From: Tubulanus polymorphus
Lineage: Eukaryota; Animalia; Nemertea
Length of the DNA: 64,000 bases
Direction: 5' to 3'
Assembly (NCBI RefSeq): GCF_964204645.1
Contig: NC_134026.1
Location: forward strand, 3,495,950 to 3,559,949
Positions 40,716-53,876 of this stretch are shown in pieces; the first letter of the stretch is position 1; every line of letters starts with the position of its first letter. A program made the position numbers and the translations under genes. The notes under the pieces were generated by a model. That model saw nothing but the letters and a program-made list of their open reading frames with translations. It ran no database searches and was not told the DNA's origin.

Positions 40716-40829
40716 AGGGTCCAGTTCCACAGTTCTGAGTTAAGATTTGACCCTGGGTTAAAACATTGAAAATGAACTAACTTTAACTCAGAGTTATCTC
40801 TAACTCACAACTGTGGAACTGGGTCCCGG
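40716..40829. mobile_element. Harbinger-like MITE family (ccagttccacag TIR, CWG-like flanks); relatives at ~31055-31180, 43833-43987, 59162-59302
   Basis: cagggtccagttccacagtt ... aactgtggaactgggtcc. The 59162 copy has ggagccggttgcatagtc ... gactgtgcaactggcccc with ctg flanks. Confidence 0.7.
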
Positions 40830-41271
40830 AGTTGAGTCTGTTTCAAAATTCGACTTCAAAGTATCTTAACGTAAATGAAATCAAAAATGGAATACTCTAG
40901 ATAACTGAGCTATAACTCACTGATCGACAGCCTTCATAATGACACGTCAGACCGTATTTCTTGTATCCACAAAGTGACTGAAGATGAAAAAAAGTATATA
41001 TATTCAATTATTCAGTATATAATATACATGCATTTTAAGGTTTTTTTTCACGTCCTTGCAAGGGATATGATACTGTCGTTTTCGTAGGTCATTGACCAAC
41101 GATTGCGCGTACGCGAGCACAAAATCATTATCATAAATCCCTCTATTCTAAGAACTATAAATATAATCTAAAAGATATCACATTTGAAAGCATGATGATA
41201 CTAAACATTTTGGTGATTCTCAAATCATGGTTTATGAGTGGCCAAGTTATAGAATACTCATCAGAAAAAAA

Positions 41272-42994
41272 TTATTCATCAAAATTATTTTCGACTGAGA
41301 TGAACTTGACTCGAGAAATTGGAAATATAAGTTTCCTTTTTGCCAACACCTGTCATAAATCATCACCAAGTAATTTGTATTTACGTATTTTCCGTACATT
41401 CATAGAAAAATCCATGAAAAACATGATTGATATGTCCCCACAGGACACTTCCATACGACGATACCTTCGGACCCAGGTTGAAAATGTGGTCGTTCCTTTT
41501 AGTAAGGGGTATTGTTTTAAAATCGAATAGTTATAATATACCATGAGTCCCATTAAATAACAGCAACATCGGACAAGGAAAATCAACATGGAATCATCAA
41601 ATAGACGCTTATTAATTTGTTAGAAAAAAGGTCACGTTATTGGGCTAAACATTTTGATGATTGACTCCAGAGAATTTTCACACGTGTAAAACGCAATTTA
41701 CGTTTTTCCGTTATCAAAACATATATAAATAAACTGCTGCTGGTGATAGAATACTTTTTTTCTACGATACCTGTGGTGACAAATAGCTTGCTTGCGCCTC
41801 GTAAGCGTGTTCGGCATGTTGCATGTACAAAATGTTTGCCAAACAAGGTCGACTTATTTGTTTAGCCTTCAGTAAAATACATAACGACACAGCTGAGTCG
41901 AATATACTTTTCTGCAACTATAGAAATAGAAAGATTTATATTTTTTTCATATTAATGTTCAATACACAGGTGTTTGGATGGCAAACATTTTCTAAACGTC
42001 GAATATTGGCATTCGCCTTCAATGAAAGAACATTGATTATCTTTATGTATAACCCCAAAAATCCAAATAACCACAAATTAAGAAAAAATGAAAATGAAAA
42101 CCTATGATAATATATCGAAATTCATTGATGAAAATTCTTACATAAAACATGCTCTTACGTTTCGTTTTTGAATGTTGCTATTCATTGGGCTAGAGAAATC
42201 AGCCCCGTCTATTATATCGCAAAGTGCTGCTTGACTTTCTGGGTTGAGCCACACGTCCACCATTTTATCTATGTTTTGTACAGTTTTTGGAGTAAGTAAG
42301 CATTCACCTGCAGGCCAACATGCTACCCAATTTTCCAAGACGAACTGATTGCAGACGGCCGAACTAAGCAGTCGCGCTTGCTCGAACTTATCTACATCGT
42401 TAAAGTCATCGATATCCGTCGCTAGATTTCTGGACGCGTTGTAAAACGTAAAACTAAGAACATTATCCGTAATCACATCAGATCTTGGCACGGATTGAAT
42501 AGAACAGCTTGTTTGCAGTAAATACGGCGTAATTCCATTGCGTTTTAGTACGTCGGACGGTTTTTGCCACGCCAACCAAAGTCCCCATGGTATCAGATAA
42601 GCTATAGCTATACTAATCAAACATCCCGCAGTTATTTCAAACACCCTTAAACTCAATGCTCGCACCATTTCGGTATATCGAGCAATTCTGAAATCATAAA
42701 TAAAAACATTTCACGATTTAGAAATTTCTTTAATCACTGCGCATGTACCACAGATTTGCCATAAAGTATTCAGATCTAACTCAATGTCCACGTAAATTCG
42801 CCCTAATGGAATCAGTATGAATTGCACAAATCTGGATTATTTTCGAATGAAATCAAACGTTTATATATTATCGAAAATATATATACCTACATAGATATCA
42901 AAAGGCGTCCTTTCCTACTGCTTCAACAACATTTACTGTTTCCAGTAGTAGCTGTTACTTACTTGCAGCTGTTGTCTGGATCCAAACGACACAT
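41272..42994 (-). CDS. Unrecognised protein with one N-terminal hydrophobic segment (probable type II membrane protein, ~260 aa)
   Basis: Exons 42994-42963 (MCRLDPDNSCK), 42687-42159 and 41917-41771 join in frame with GT-AG sites; last exon 41349-41272 is tentative. Hydrophobic ITAGCLISIAIAYLIPWGLWLAW, sequon NAS, several Cys. Confidence 0.6.
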
Positions 42995-44398
42995 ATATAA
43001 AAGCACAGATACGACAGCAGTGTTTCCACGATTGATTTAATTGTAATACCAATACTCAATATTTAACTAACCAAAAATCAGTTTTGTAGTCATGTTAATT
43101 CATTTTTTTCAGGATGAATCATTCGATCTTAATTTTTCTTTTAAAGTGTGTACGATATGATTATGATTAATTACCGGTATACGTAAGTAGGCTTTTCGCC
43201 GATGAAGAGCTCCACTGTAGATTTGTCAGTTAAATCAGTTGCATTGGCGTTTTCTCGTTGCAAAAGTCATCGAAATGAAAGTCTATTCCAACTAAATATC
43301 TTGTATTTGATCCAATCAAGACCTCTTCGATCTTCACCAGTCCTGGACGTGGTTGCTTCCACAGTGATCTCCGCCCTAAGTGTAACAATTCGCGTAAAGT
43401 CTATGTCAATAATGCGTAAACAAGTTAAATATCCGTGTGCCAAGTTTTGAGACACTTCCTTTTTTCAAGTTCTGCTAGTTTAATTCGAAAGTTATGCGAG
43501 GGAACCGCCAGCTCACCAAGACGACAACAACGACTGAACAAATCCAAATCTATAGAAATTTTCTTTTGTATTTCATAACTCTCAGAATACACGAACTCTT
43601 ATATAAAAACGGATCATTGCGGTAAACGATCATGGTTTTATTTTTTTAAATAAATGTATAAAAATGCTTTAAAATTCATGAGTTACAAGGCGAGGGAAGA
43701 CACACGATTCTTATTAACATCGAATAACATTAAAATAATGTCTAAGGGATTATTAAAACATAAGCAATTATTTCACAAAGCGTCACGTTTTTCACATAGA
43801 TTCTAAAACACTACAAACTAGACCGTGACCAAGACCAGGTTCAACAACGTATTGTTTTATTCTTATCGCGTTAATTACCAATCAATAACCAGTTCTATTG
43901 AATTAGGTAAGCCTTACGAGTTAATAAGGTATGATTACCCCTTATACATATGCTAGTCTCAGTCGATAACTGTAGAACTGGGCTCGCGGTCAACAATAGA
44001 AACTATGAGTCTACGCTACAGTCTGCAATATTGAATACAACATTTTTGTGCACAGCCAATTACGAACAATAAAGCAACATGATTTCGATACAACTCTTCA
44101 GAGAAAAATCAATGACAAAATTAAGCTGCACGATCAGCTGTACTTAATATTAAAACTAAAGGACATTGACGATTGAAGGAATTATGTACAATCATAATCA
44201 TTCCGCACCATGAAATTAATTGACAAAGCTGCCTTTACGATTCGCATAACAAGAGTCCTATATGAGAAAATTCATCAACAATATAAAAAGTATGGTCGAC
44301 GCAAATGTTTCGGCATAGTTTCAATCGGTAGTAACATTTAATAGCACCTTAGATACCTCTTATCAGCATAATACAACACACCATACATCCAAACTAGT

Positions 44399-47300
44399 TT
44401 ACAATTCCTCAAAAAATGCAACTCTTGCTTTCGTAGTCCCTGATTTGATCTGAAATATGAAAAACAACTTGATTTTTGAGACAATTGTGGCAATGAATAG
44501 GACATTTTTTCATTAATTAAACACTTCTTGGTACATGTAATGAAATCTCTAGTACACCGGGGGATCTAGAACTTTAAAATCAGCAGCAACTTCTAACACA
44601 CCTTTTGTAAGGTAGAATGCTTGTTATCTCCTTTTTGAACATTCTCTTCATGAAAACGGTCAAAATTCGTTTGTTTTTCTTCGACTTTCAGAACTTCGAT
44701 TTCGGATTTCAGCTCTTTCAATTGCTCCTGTAAATGCTTGCTTTTCTCTAAATACTCGACCCTGAAAAATGCGACAATAAATCATTCGTTAATGATTCAG
44801 CTGTTCATGTGAAAGATTCTTCATCACATAGATAAGTACCTTTCTTTCTCGATTTCCCGCGACAATTGATCCATATCGGCATCCGTTGTAAGATCGCAGC
44901 TGTCTTCGTCGCAAATTGAAAGCTGACCCAATTCACAGTCCGAAGAATTATCAGTACGCCCGAGGCCAGGCAATCCGGATTCCAATCCGAGATCCGATAA
45001 ATCCGAAACCAGCGGATTAAAGCTATAGAGACCCTGGAAACAGACTTTGCTTTGAATATACTTATTCTAAAATATTTGAGTACTGTGACCCGTATTTTGA
45101 TTTATCAATGAAATCAAATTCATCGACTGGTACTTACTGCATATGAACCATGAGTTAACATCGTTAGTTTGTCTTTCGTAGCTTTTTCTTGTATTTTAGC
45201 CTTCAACAATTCATCTCTCAGTTGGTCAGCTTCGTGTAACCTGTCAACATTAACATAACTACCTACATTAGATTACATTCAATCAACATTCACCGAGATT
45301 AGCTGTGAAATATTTCAGTACCTGAGGTCTGTATCTTCAACCATTCTAGCAGCAATCATCTCCGCCTCTCGCGCTCGATGTTCCATGACCATCTTCTCCT
45401 CCTCAGTCTGAAAATGATCACAAGTTATCGTATGAAGTTACTTCCATTTGCAAAGGTGCTGGCCAGAATGAAAACTCTTTTTATTCAAGCTACGACTAGC
45501 CACACTTTTATTATGTCCCAGAAGCTATATCATTAGCTATCTTACAGAAGCATCTTACTGAATAAGGCACCAAATATGGTAAACAATGAAATAACAATAC
45601 CCCCGGTAATAGTTAACTCTGCCAAAATCAATGTAATCCTGTTTCTTGAGTCAAAAAGTTGAAATTTTTGTTCGCTTTCTATTTCAATCATAATCATTTA
45701 CATAAACAGTTGATAGATTTCAGTAAAAGCTTTACCTTTAGAGCAGCAATTTTCATGCGTTGAGTTTCAGCCTCAGCTTCAGCAGCTTTCTGGGTCAGTA
45801 ACATGGCTTCTTCTTCTGCTATTCGTGCTTTCTCAGCCAGTAATTCAGCAGTTTCCTCTGATCGCATCTGACAAAGAGAATACCGATAAATGATTCGTGT
45901 TCATGCCATAATCCTATCATAAAGCAAAACAATATTTTTTCGAACGTTAGAAGCCAATGAAACTTTACAAATATAGTAGAACTAGATTAATTCAGATTAT
46001 TTGGGACCAATAAAATTAATGTGGTTTATCAGAATTCCTGATTAAACAGAATATTGTATGTACATATTTCTGAATTAGATCAAAAAGATCCAAATTAAGT
46101 GGGTCTGTCTGTAAAGAGGGAAATTTCAATGCAAGTTTTCAACTTTTTTCTATAACTAATGACTTACAAGTGCTTCTTGGCCTAAGCGCATTTCTTCTTG
46201 CATTTGTTGCATGCGTCGTTCCAAATTCTCTTTGTCCCTGACAGCCTGTTCGCGTAGTTCCTTCTCTTTGGCCAGCTTAGATCGTTCGACCTGATTGGAA
46301 TATGGATAGATTGGTCAATGCTGTTTAGTGTAATCTAATGTCGGCAGTAACATTTATATTGACAGGTTACAAGAAGCTGAGAGATGAAGTGCCAAAGGTT
46401 GAAATACAAGAAAAGGCTATGAAAGACAAACTGACAATGTAATGAGTACAGGTCAATGAATTCAATTTTGCTGATAAATCTAGATATCTATCGCAGTGCC
46501 TTAGTTATTATCGACTAATTTGACATAATTCTATTATGGATTCTCTACCTGTTTTCGTGCTTTCTCCTCCTTTGCCTGCAATTTCATCTGCTGAATTTCG
46601 ATGCTGTCCGGTTTCCGACGCCTCATAAATAGATCATGATTTCCCACGCACAATTCCAAAACCTTCCAACGGAAATAATTTGGTTATAAATCCGAGTACA
46701 ATAGACAGCAACACTAAGGCTGATGAAGTAAAATGTAATTATCAGGATAATCGTCGTCGGACATTTTGCCCCCTTCCAATTTTTACTGATTAATCTTTGT
46801 TTAAACTTTCTTACACTGTTATTTTCTAATCTAAGACTTCAAGCAAGAGGCATTTGTACCAGGGGCAATCGTCCTAGAAACATACAATATACATACCAGT
46901 TTGTTTATTCGCGGCTTCGGAGCATAAAATTCAAAATCGGGAGATTTCTTATCCATTGTTTTGATAGTAAACTACAACGAAAGGTCATAATCATAATCTT
47001 CACGTTAGTATTCTGTCACCGAAACACCACAGACACATTTCTGTAAGAGCGGTATGGCCGAGTGGTTAGAGTGTCCGGCTCTGGGAAGCCAGGTCGTGGG
47101 TTCGAACCCCGTACATTGCCGTTGTGTCCTCAGGCAAGACACTTATCCTCATTGCCTCTCTCCACCAGGAGTAAATGGGTACCTGGCCTGATAGATGACT
47201 CCTGAGGGTTTGTTAGCAGCTCGGTGTTACTTCTCCCCAGGGAGAGATGACTGATACATGTTAGAGTATGAAATTGGCTGGGGTAATAATACTGAAAATG

Positions 47301-49527
47301 TAAAGCGCTCTGAGCAGCCTGGCTAGATTTAGCGCAATATAAGACACATATTATTATTATTACTATTATTATAATTATTATTCACTCGTAAATACCTTCT
47401 TATCTTTAAATGCAACGTTTTTAATTTCGCTCCACGGGAAGCTAATTTTCGGCGTTAATCGGTTGTCTAACTCGTAGATATTGAGACCGACGGCGTCGAC
47501 GCCGAGCCACAAATCGGTGTCTTTTTTGTTTTTGATTTGAAAGTAATTGACGCCGTACATCTCGAGGTCCTGAGCTATTTTCAAATATTCCATTTCAGCT
47601 TCATCTCTGAAACCAAAATCATCGAAAATTCATATAAAATAGTGATGATCATAAGCTAGCTTTATTAGTAGGTAATCTAAACATACCTTGACATTCCTTT
47701 ATGATCAGCGTACCACTGTTTAATACGATCTTCCCACATTTCAGCCGTCATCTGATACTGGTCAATAACGCGTTGAGGTAACAAATCTTCAGGTGCCATC
47801 ATACTCGACTGATAAGATGACTCATCGTAATCTCCATACTGTAACGTCAATCAAAAATTGTACCAAAATAAGATTCATAATTTGAGAAATACTAATGATT
47901 TCTAACACATAAAATGTTAGTTTACCTAGGTGATTAAGAGGAATACTTCTACCCGGTCTAGAAAAGTTCATCATCCCTCACATGGATATTAAACTGATGG
48001 CTTCACGAATTTAACTTCAAGGAATTAAATATGGACAAGTCTAGCCAGGTAATTCGAGGAAGTTTCAATTCCTACTAAGGGTAGATGAGCTTTTTATATA
48101 GACTGGGTAAAAGTATTCTTTGACAATTCAATTAACAGGGCATCTGTAGATTTTATGTTTTAAAAAGCCTCAATATTTTTAAAACTTTGACTTGATATCC
48201 AATGATGAAACATCCTCCACTATGACCAAAATGATATGAAGTAATAACCAAACCTTGGCTTGGACGGCGTATGATGCAAGTAGGACTGACGCTTCAGGTG
48301 GGCAATAGATGTCCATATCTAATATCGATTGTTTCACTTGCAGGAAGAACATGTGCTGCGTAATTTCTTGAATCAATTCTTCCGATACGTCTTCCGGATA
48401 AAACTTCGCTAAAAACATAAGAGGAAGCGGCGACTCTTTCGGTACATCTTGTTCCGACACCTGAAACAAAAACAAAATTTGCAGTAAATCAAAATCAGGG
48501 GTAGGGCACGCTGAAACACACCCATCATACCGTAATGTACATTGTGAAAATTTACTGACACGAAAGTTATATTCTAAGAATCCAGTATTGAAAAATTTTT
48601 TGGTATAAAAACTCAATTCCAAGTCGAAATTTTGATACTTTGGGTCTGAATTGGAGCTTGGTCTGAAACATTCATTGTATCTAAAGCTTCACGAATGTCT
48701 TACTTTCTTCTCTGATTTCAGCCATGTTAAATAGTTCCCTTTACAACTCGCGTAACGCAAACCGAAATACGACGTTTCACGCAAACCAATCGTTCGACAA
48801 ACCAAATCAAACAACTCTTTTCCGGTGCTTTTTGCCTGTATAAAAAAGGAATAAAATTAGGCTAATTTTGAGATTTGTACAAATCGACTTGTTTTGATTC
48901 ATCAGTCCTGCTAGTCTCTAAGTGATGGCAATCCATTCAATGTCAATGACAAACAACCAACTTTTTATCTGTGTTAAGTTTATAGGAGGCTTTGATTGCT
49001 TAATATCTAATAACCCGTCTCACCCAATACATTCCCTGACCCTATACTCTCTCTGTTGTCGGCTGTACCTTGCTAGTTTTGTCATGATGACATGGGTGGG
49101 CTAATTTTTCTTAAGGAGTATTAGTAACCGGTTCTCTCATCTAGCAAAATGTGTGGTCTAACTGCAGTTTGGGTCACCTTTCCACTGTGTGGCACTAGTG
49201 TTATTAAAGAATAGTGTTATGGTTAGGTTAGGTACATAAACCATTATTAATTAGGGACACCTAAACTGCAGTCGCTCCAAATGTGTTACTTTCCTGGTAG
49301 ACTAGCAGTTTCTCTATCTAGTCAATCATAAAGAAATGGCACCAATTAAATGGTGGCAAAAATATTTTGACATTTTGAGACAGTTTTGAAAATTGTATTG
49401 AATTGGATTGAATGTCAGAATGACTCACTCCGATACTGAATTCCAGTTCAGCATCCATCGTCGTGATGCGCACGGGAAAACATTTCGTTTGCGATTTGGA
49501 ACTTTTTTTCAAAGTTCCCAGAGGCAT
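44399..49527 (-). CDS. NF2: Merlin (neurofibromin 2), FERM + helical + C-terminal domain
   Basis: N-terminal extension before [48 protein letters not shown], blue-box-like [25 protein letters not shown], and C-terminus [16 protein letters not shown] typical of Merlin rather than ERM. Confidence 0.95.
46743..46877. mobile_element. Degenerate MITE (ggacaattgccc-type repeats)
   Basis: caggataatcgtc..ggacattttgcccc at left; inverted ggcatttgtaccaggggcaatcgtcctag at right. Confidence 0.4.
47047..47382 (+). mobile_element. tRNA-derived SINE with conserved central domain and LINE(L2)-like 3' tail, in an NF2 intron
   Basis: A box tggccgagtgg, B box ggttcgaacccc, central gtgtcctcaggcaagacactt...gtaaatgggtacc, tail gtaaagcgctctgag...gcgcaatataa followed by (TAT)n. 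Confidence 0.85.
47938..48121. mobile_element. MITE, possibly Kolobok-like
   Basis: gaatacttctacccggtcta ... tagactgggtaaaagtattc inverted repeat; TTAA on the left flank only. Confidence 0.55.
49150..49283. mobile_element. Short MITE with internal ggttaggttagg
   Basis: actgcagtttgggtc ... gacacctaaactgcagt inverted repeat. Confidence 0.45.
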
Positions 49528-49860
49528 TTTACGTCGCAGTGTTCCGTACAGTGGTCACATAGTCCAGCATTAAAACAACAAAAACTAAAAAAACTTTTCT
49601 AATCGTCAAAATTTCATTTCCGCATTTGTCATCGCTAAAGTGCAGACTCTGAAACGGAACGCAAACGTTTACCCTCTTACTATGTATAGAATTCTTTAAA
49701 CAGTCATTTCAAATACAATTGGAAACATTTCATATCCATTGATATAAACACATTAATGTCAAGAAAAATTAAACACATTCAAAATCTATTTTCAATTCAG
49801 TAGACTGATATATAATGACACGCTATATATTAATAAAATTCTCCCTTACGTTATGCAAGC

Positions 49861-49933
49861 GGCGCCGTGGCTAAGCGGTTAAAGCGCCTGTCTAGTAAAC
49901 AGGAGATCCTGGGTTCAAATCCCAGCGGTGCCT
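49861..49933 (+). tRNA. tRNA-Thr(AGT)
   Basis: GGCGCCG...CGGTGCC acceptor stem, CCTGT-CT AGT AA-ACAGG anticodon arm, CTGGG-TTCAAAT-CCCAG T arm, followed by TTTT; nearly identical to recalled metazoan Thr-AGT genes. Confidence 0.96.
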
Positions 49934-50537
49934 ATTTTGCTCTTCGTTTTCTACAAGTATTTTTTAGTGAGAAGTAAATATAAATATCTTCACTACAATA
50001 CAGATTAAGCCTCCTAAGGTGATAAAAACATCGGGTTTCATCTCTACAATTTCGAATGTCGAGTTCTCTTTAGCCCCGAACTGTGATCAGTCAGTGCTTT
50101 TGTCTGGGCGAAATTTGGCACAGAAAGCGCAAGGTTTGAACTTGGCACAGAAACCGCAAGGTTTGAACTTCCGCAAAGTGTTTGATCGAGGAAAAAATCT
50201 ACGTTCCGCCTATGTGACGTGTGTGTTGAAGTGTATCCGCTACAAATAAGTTGTTTCCAATACTCAGGTTCTTGTATTATTTAGAATATCGGATACGCCT
50301 TCATTAGACGAAAAATCGAAGTAAATACCTACGTTTCCCATACATTCCAAGTGTATCCGCTACGACGTCAAGGAGTAAAAACGGACAAAATTATGAACAA
50401 ATCTTTCCACATTTCAGCAGAGGTAAGTGATTTTAGGATGTAGGCGGGAATTTATTTTTTCTCTCCAACGGGTCCATGTCCATAATATATCGATTAAAGA
50501 TGTCAGGAAAGTATTTTACGCGACAGAATTATTCTAT

Positions 50538-50626
50538 TAATCGACTGATGGACTTAAGATTCGCAAAATAATTTTGCGAATCTTAAGTCCATCAGTCGAT
50601 TAGTTCGTCAATTATTGACGAACTAA
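50538..50626. repeat. Two abutting perfect palindromes (32-bp and 13-bp arms)
   Basis: 50538-50602 taatcgactgatggacttaagattcgcaaaat-a-attttgcgaatcttaagtccatcagtcgatta; 50600-50626 ttagttcgtcaat-t-attgacgaactaa. Confidence 0.95.
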
Positions 50627-51413
50627 GACAGATCAGGCAGTCAATTTTGGTACGGTGGTCACTCATTCCCACGTATCGGTTGCCTCACCGATGAATTTGC
50701 TGCACGGGCCGCATCAATTTAGATCAATGACGTTTAATTTTTTGGCATCGCCGCTAAACTCCTTTTTGTTCGTTGGGCCATGAATATGAATTTTCTCAAG
50801 TTTTTTCTTAACGAGACTCATTTCAGGGAATTTAAAACCGCATCTTTGAGGAATGTTTGGTTAGATATATATTTGGCTGTGAAAAATTGTCTGTGCATGT
50901 GGTGGCTCCGACGGGCCTGACATTATTGAATTATGAACGCGCACTTTATAGGTTAATGGTGAAAAATGAGATTTCTTGGTTGCAAATAAGTGTCGCATGT
51001 GTCACATAGTTATGAATAATTGATAGTCTGTGGATTCGATCGTTTAAATGCGTGGAACACGATAATGTTACAAATTGATCACTGTTTATACCGAACAAAA
51101 AAGCTGAAGGATGATTAGCTAATCAGTTTTTCTCCCTTCATCGAGCCGTCTGGTTAATTAAATTTGCCTATTGAACAGTTTTTTTCATAAAGTGTATGTA
51201 TATAATTTGACAACTGTAGATGTTCACAGAACAAGTTTGATTTTCAGGACACCTACACATAACCACGAGTATATATACACCCGATTCACAATTTCGTCAT
51301 ATTGTTGATGTCCTTATTTTGAATAACTTTCTTTCACGGATATTTCCAATAGCCATATTGACAAAACACAGTTTGATCTATATATAATCTAACATTCTAC
51401 TTTTACACGCAGG

Positions 51414-52508
51414 ATGGCTAATGTGATTCTAAGAAGCACCCGACCGCGTTCAGCTTCGAGTAAACTTTACCAGAAAAATCAGAAGACGCGCAGCATTGCA
51501 GATATCAGTGACCACGATGTCGCCAGCGATGTCCTGAATGGATCGGACCAGGGCTCCTATGTGGGCTATGGATTTTTCACGTCAGACGATATTTCAAGAA
51601 ACACAGTCGGCGAGACGACGGATGAAGAGAGTATGGCAAAGACATCGCAACAACATGCCGACGAAGACTTTTCTAAATATTTATTAGACGACGACGAACT
51701 TTGGGATACGGCCCGGATTGTACCAGGAAAAGTCAGGTCGTCCGGAAAAGGCTTGACTCCAGTCGAAAAACGTGCTGCTAAAAAGCAGAAGTCATCGAGA
51801 AAAAATAGCATAACGTTGTCTTTAGATAGTATTTATGATAAAAAGGGAATGTACAAATCGAAACATTCGATTAAGAATACATTTTCGAAGTTTTTTCAGA
51901 CAATGCGCACGGGTGCGGGCACTACACCATCGCGCGAACAAGAAAGTTTTCATCATTTTACGAGACGTACACCGCAACCCGGAGCAGACGATTACACCAG
52001 ACCGTCCATACACAACTTTTCCTTCAAAGATACGAAAATATCCGGGGGTTCACCGATAGGTAGCGCGCATACCTGGCCCCGACCGGACCAAGATAAGGAT
52101 TTAAACAATCGAAAATTAGCTCCTCGTTCGAGACATTCTTCCGAAGTCGTTCTTCGTGATAATAATTACGATAAACAATTTGTGAAACGTTCTTTTTCCA
52201 CCGGTTCGGAATATAAACAACGATCCGGGTCTCTACAGTCGAATACTTCAAAACGATCATCGGAAAGATCGCCGAAACGTCAGCTATCAATGAATGACGG
52301 TCCTCTTGAATATCCCCCCGTTAGTCAAACGATACAAACTTTACAACGACAAAATTTGGCGCGAAAACTGAAGTCAAATTCGACGCCGTTTTTAGCGGCG
52401 GGCTACGGAGGCAAGGGCTCAACAAAATCGTCGAAATCTTCGTATCATAAATGTGGTTATTCTTCAGAGGATAGCGCTTCAAGAGGAGATGATCATCATC
52501 TCTATTGA
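51414..52508 (+). CDS. Unrecognised 364-aa Ser/Lys/Arg-rich, probably disordered protein; single coding exon with spliced 5' UTR
   Basis: 1095-nt ORF in AT-rich DNA; acceptor cttttacacgcag|gATG directly before the start; upstream donor cagag|gtaagt at ~50422. Confidence 0.75.
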   Translation: MANVILRSTRPRSASSKLYQKNQKTRSIADISDHDVASDVLNGSDQGSYVGYGFFTSDDISRNTVGETTDEESMAKTSQQHADEDFSKYLLDDDELWDTARIVPGKVRSSGKGLTPVEKRAAKKQKSSRKNSITLSLDSIYDKKGMYKSKHSIKNTFSKFFQTMRTGAGTTPSREQESFHHFTRRTPQPGADDYTRPSIHNFSFKDTKISGGSPIGSAHTWPRPDQDKDLNNRKLAPRSRHSSEVVLRDNNYDKQFVKRSFSTGSEYKQRSGSLQSNTSKRSSERSPKRQLSMNDGPLEYPPVSQTIQTLQRQNLARKLKSNSTPFLAAGYGGKGSTKSSKSSYHKCGYSSEDSASRGDDHHLY

Positions 52509-53713
52509 ATGAGCCCGACTCGTGGTTAAACTTATCAGATATAGTATCGGACTTATAGTATAGTTTGGACTCGGAATCATTATTGATGGAATTTTGTGAG
52601 GTTTGATAGTCAGAGTCTGTGAAAACGTTAGCGTTAATTGATTCGTTTGTTTCACAGTATATACTGCTGAGCAATTGAACGAATTCAACTAAAACATCTA
52701 TTACATACTGAATAAGGGTTAATTGAACATTGGGATATTTCCTCCAAGCGATATCTCAAGTACTGTACACGTTCCAATTTCTCATACCATTCTTACATTT
52801 CGTTTTGTGGAGCAGCCAGGAATAAACCACGCGATAATTTCATAATTTACACTATAAATTTTATTATGCATTTTTGCATTTATCGAATATAAGTTTGTAT
52901 GTGAGTTTACATACATATAAAGTATATGATTTTTTTAGATATAGGTCGATAATCATGCGCAACTCATTTCGTATGCAAAAAACACACATTTCAACATCGG
53001 GGAAATTACGTGCGTCTTTACATATAACACGTCAAAAACTAGAACAACCATGCTAATGATCTACAATAGAAAGTACATATTTTACAAAAATACTGGTCTT
53101 AAATTCTATTATCACAAGTCAATATGTACCAAGATATATGTACAAGAAATAATTCTTCTTGGTGTTACATGTATGCAATATGCAGAGGACTAGAAGATAG
53201 CCAAAGTCGGATCCGATCAACTCTGATAACAGTTCATATGTTTTTTGAAATATTTGTTGTGACACTATATACGAAATACATAACATCGGATATCACTCAA
53301 GTCGGAGCCACATTTTCACGGTCGCAAAAGATCCGACTTGAACGAAGTCTACTTTTATACATCTAGAAATTCGCCCAATTTCATAAAAGTCCCGGTAGTA
53401 TGGGAAGAATTCTGGTGAGCCAATATTAAAACTTTCGAAAGCAATTATAAATACATCGTATATTTTGTCATGGATAATTTACTGAAAAAAGTCCCAACAG
53501 CAGTCGGTTATTTCATAATCGTTAAACAGTCTGTACGGTATGCAGCCACCATTTGAATCAAATACGTACAAGTGGAAAATTGGTTTTCGATAATTGCGTA
53601 GACGGCAGACGCAGCGCTTAACAGATATAATGATACAATTCTTTTTTTCACAGACAAAATAAACATGTTAAATACAAACGAATAATTATTCATTCGCAAT
53701 ACGTTTCAATAGA

Positions 53714-53769
53714 ATATTTTCATATGCATGCAAACTATATATATATATATATATATATATACCAGGATG

Positions 53770-53864
<95 letters not shown>

Positions 53865-53876
53865 TGCATGCATATG

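Noticed and set aside
43184-43455. Possible selenocysteine or read-through at the TGA ending ORF 43267-43455 (frame stays open after it)
   Set aside because: No selenoprotein-like context or recognisable SECIS; more simply 5' UTR or intergenic sequence.
47047-47120. Second tRNA gene
   Set aside because: A and B boxes continue into a SINE body and tail; acceptor and anticodon stems are not intact.
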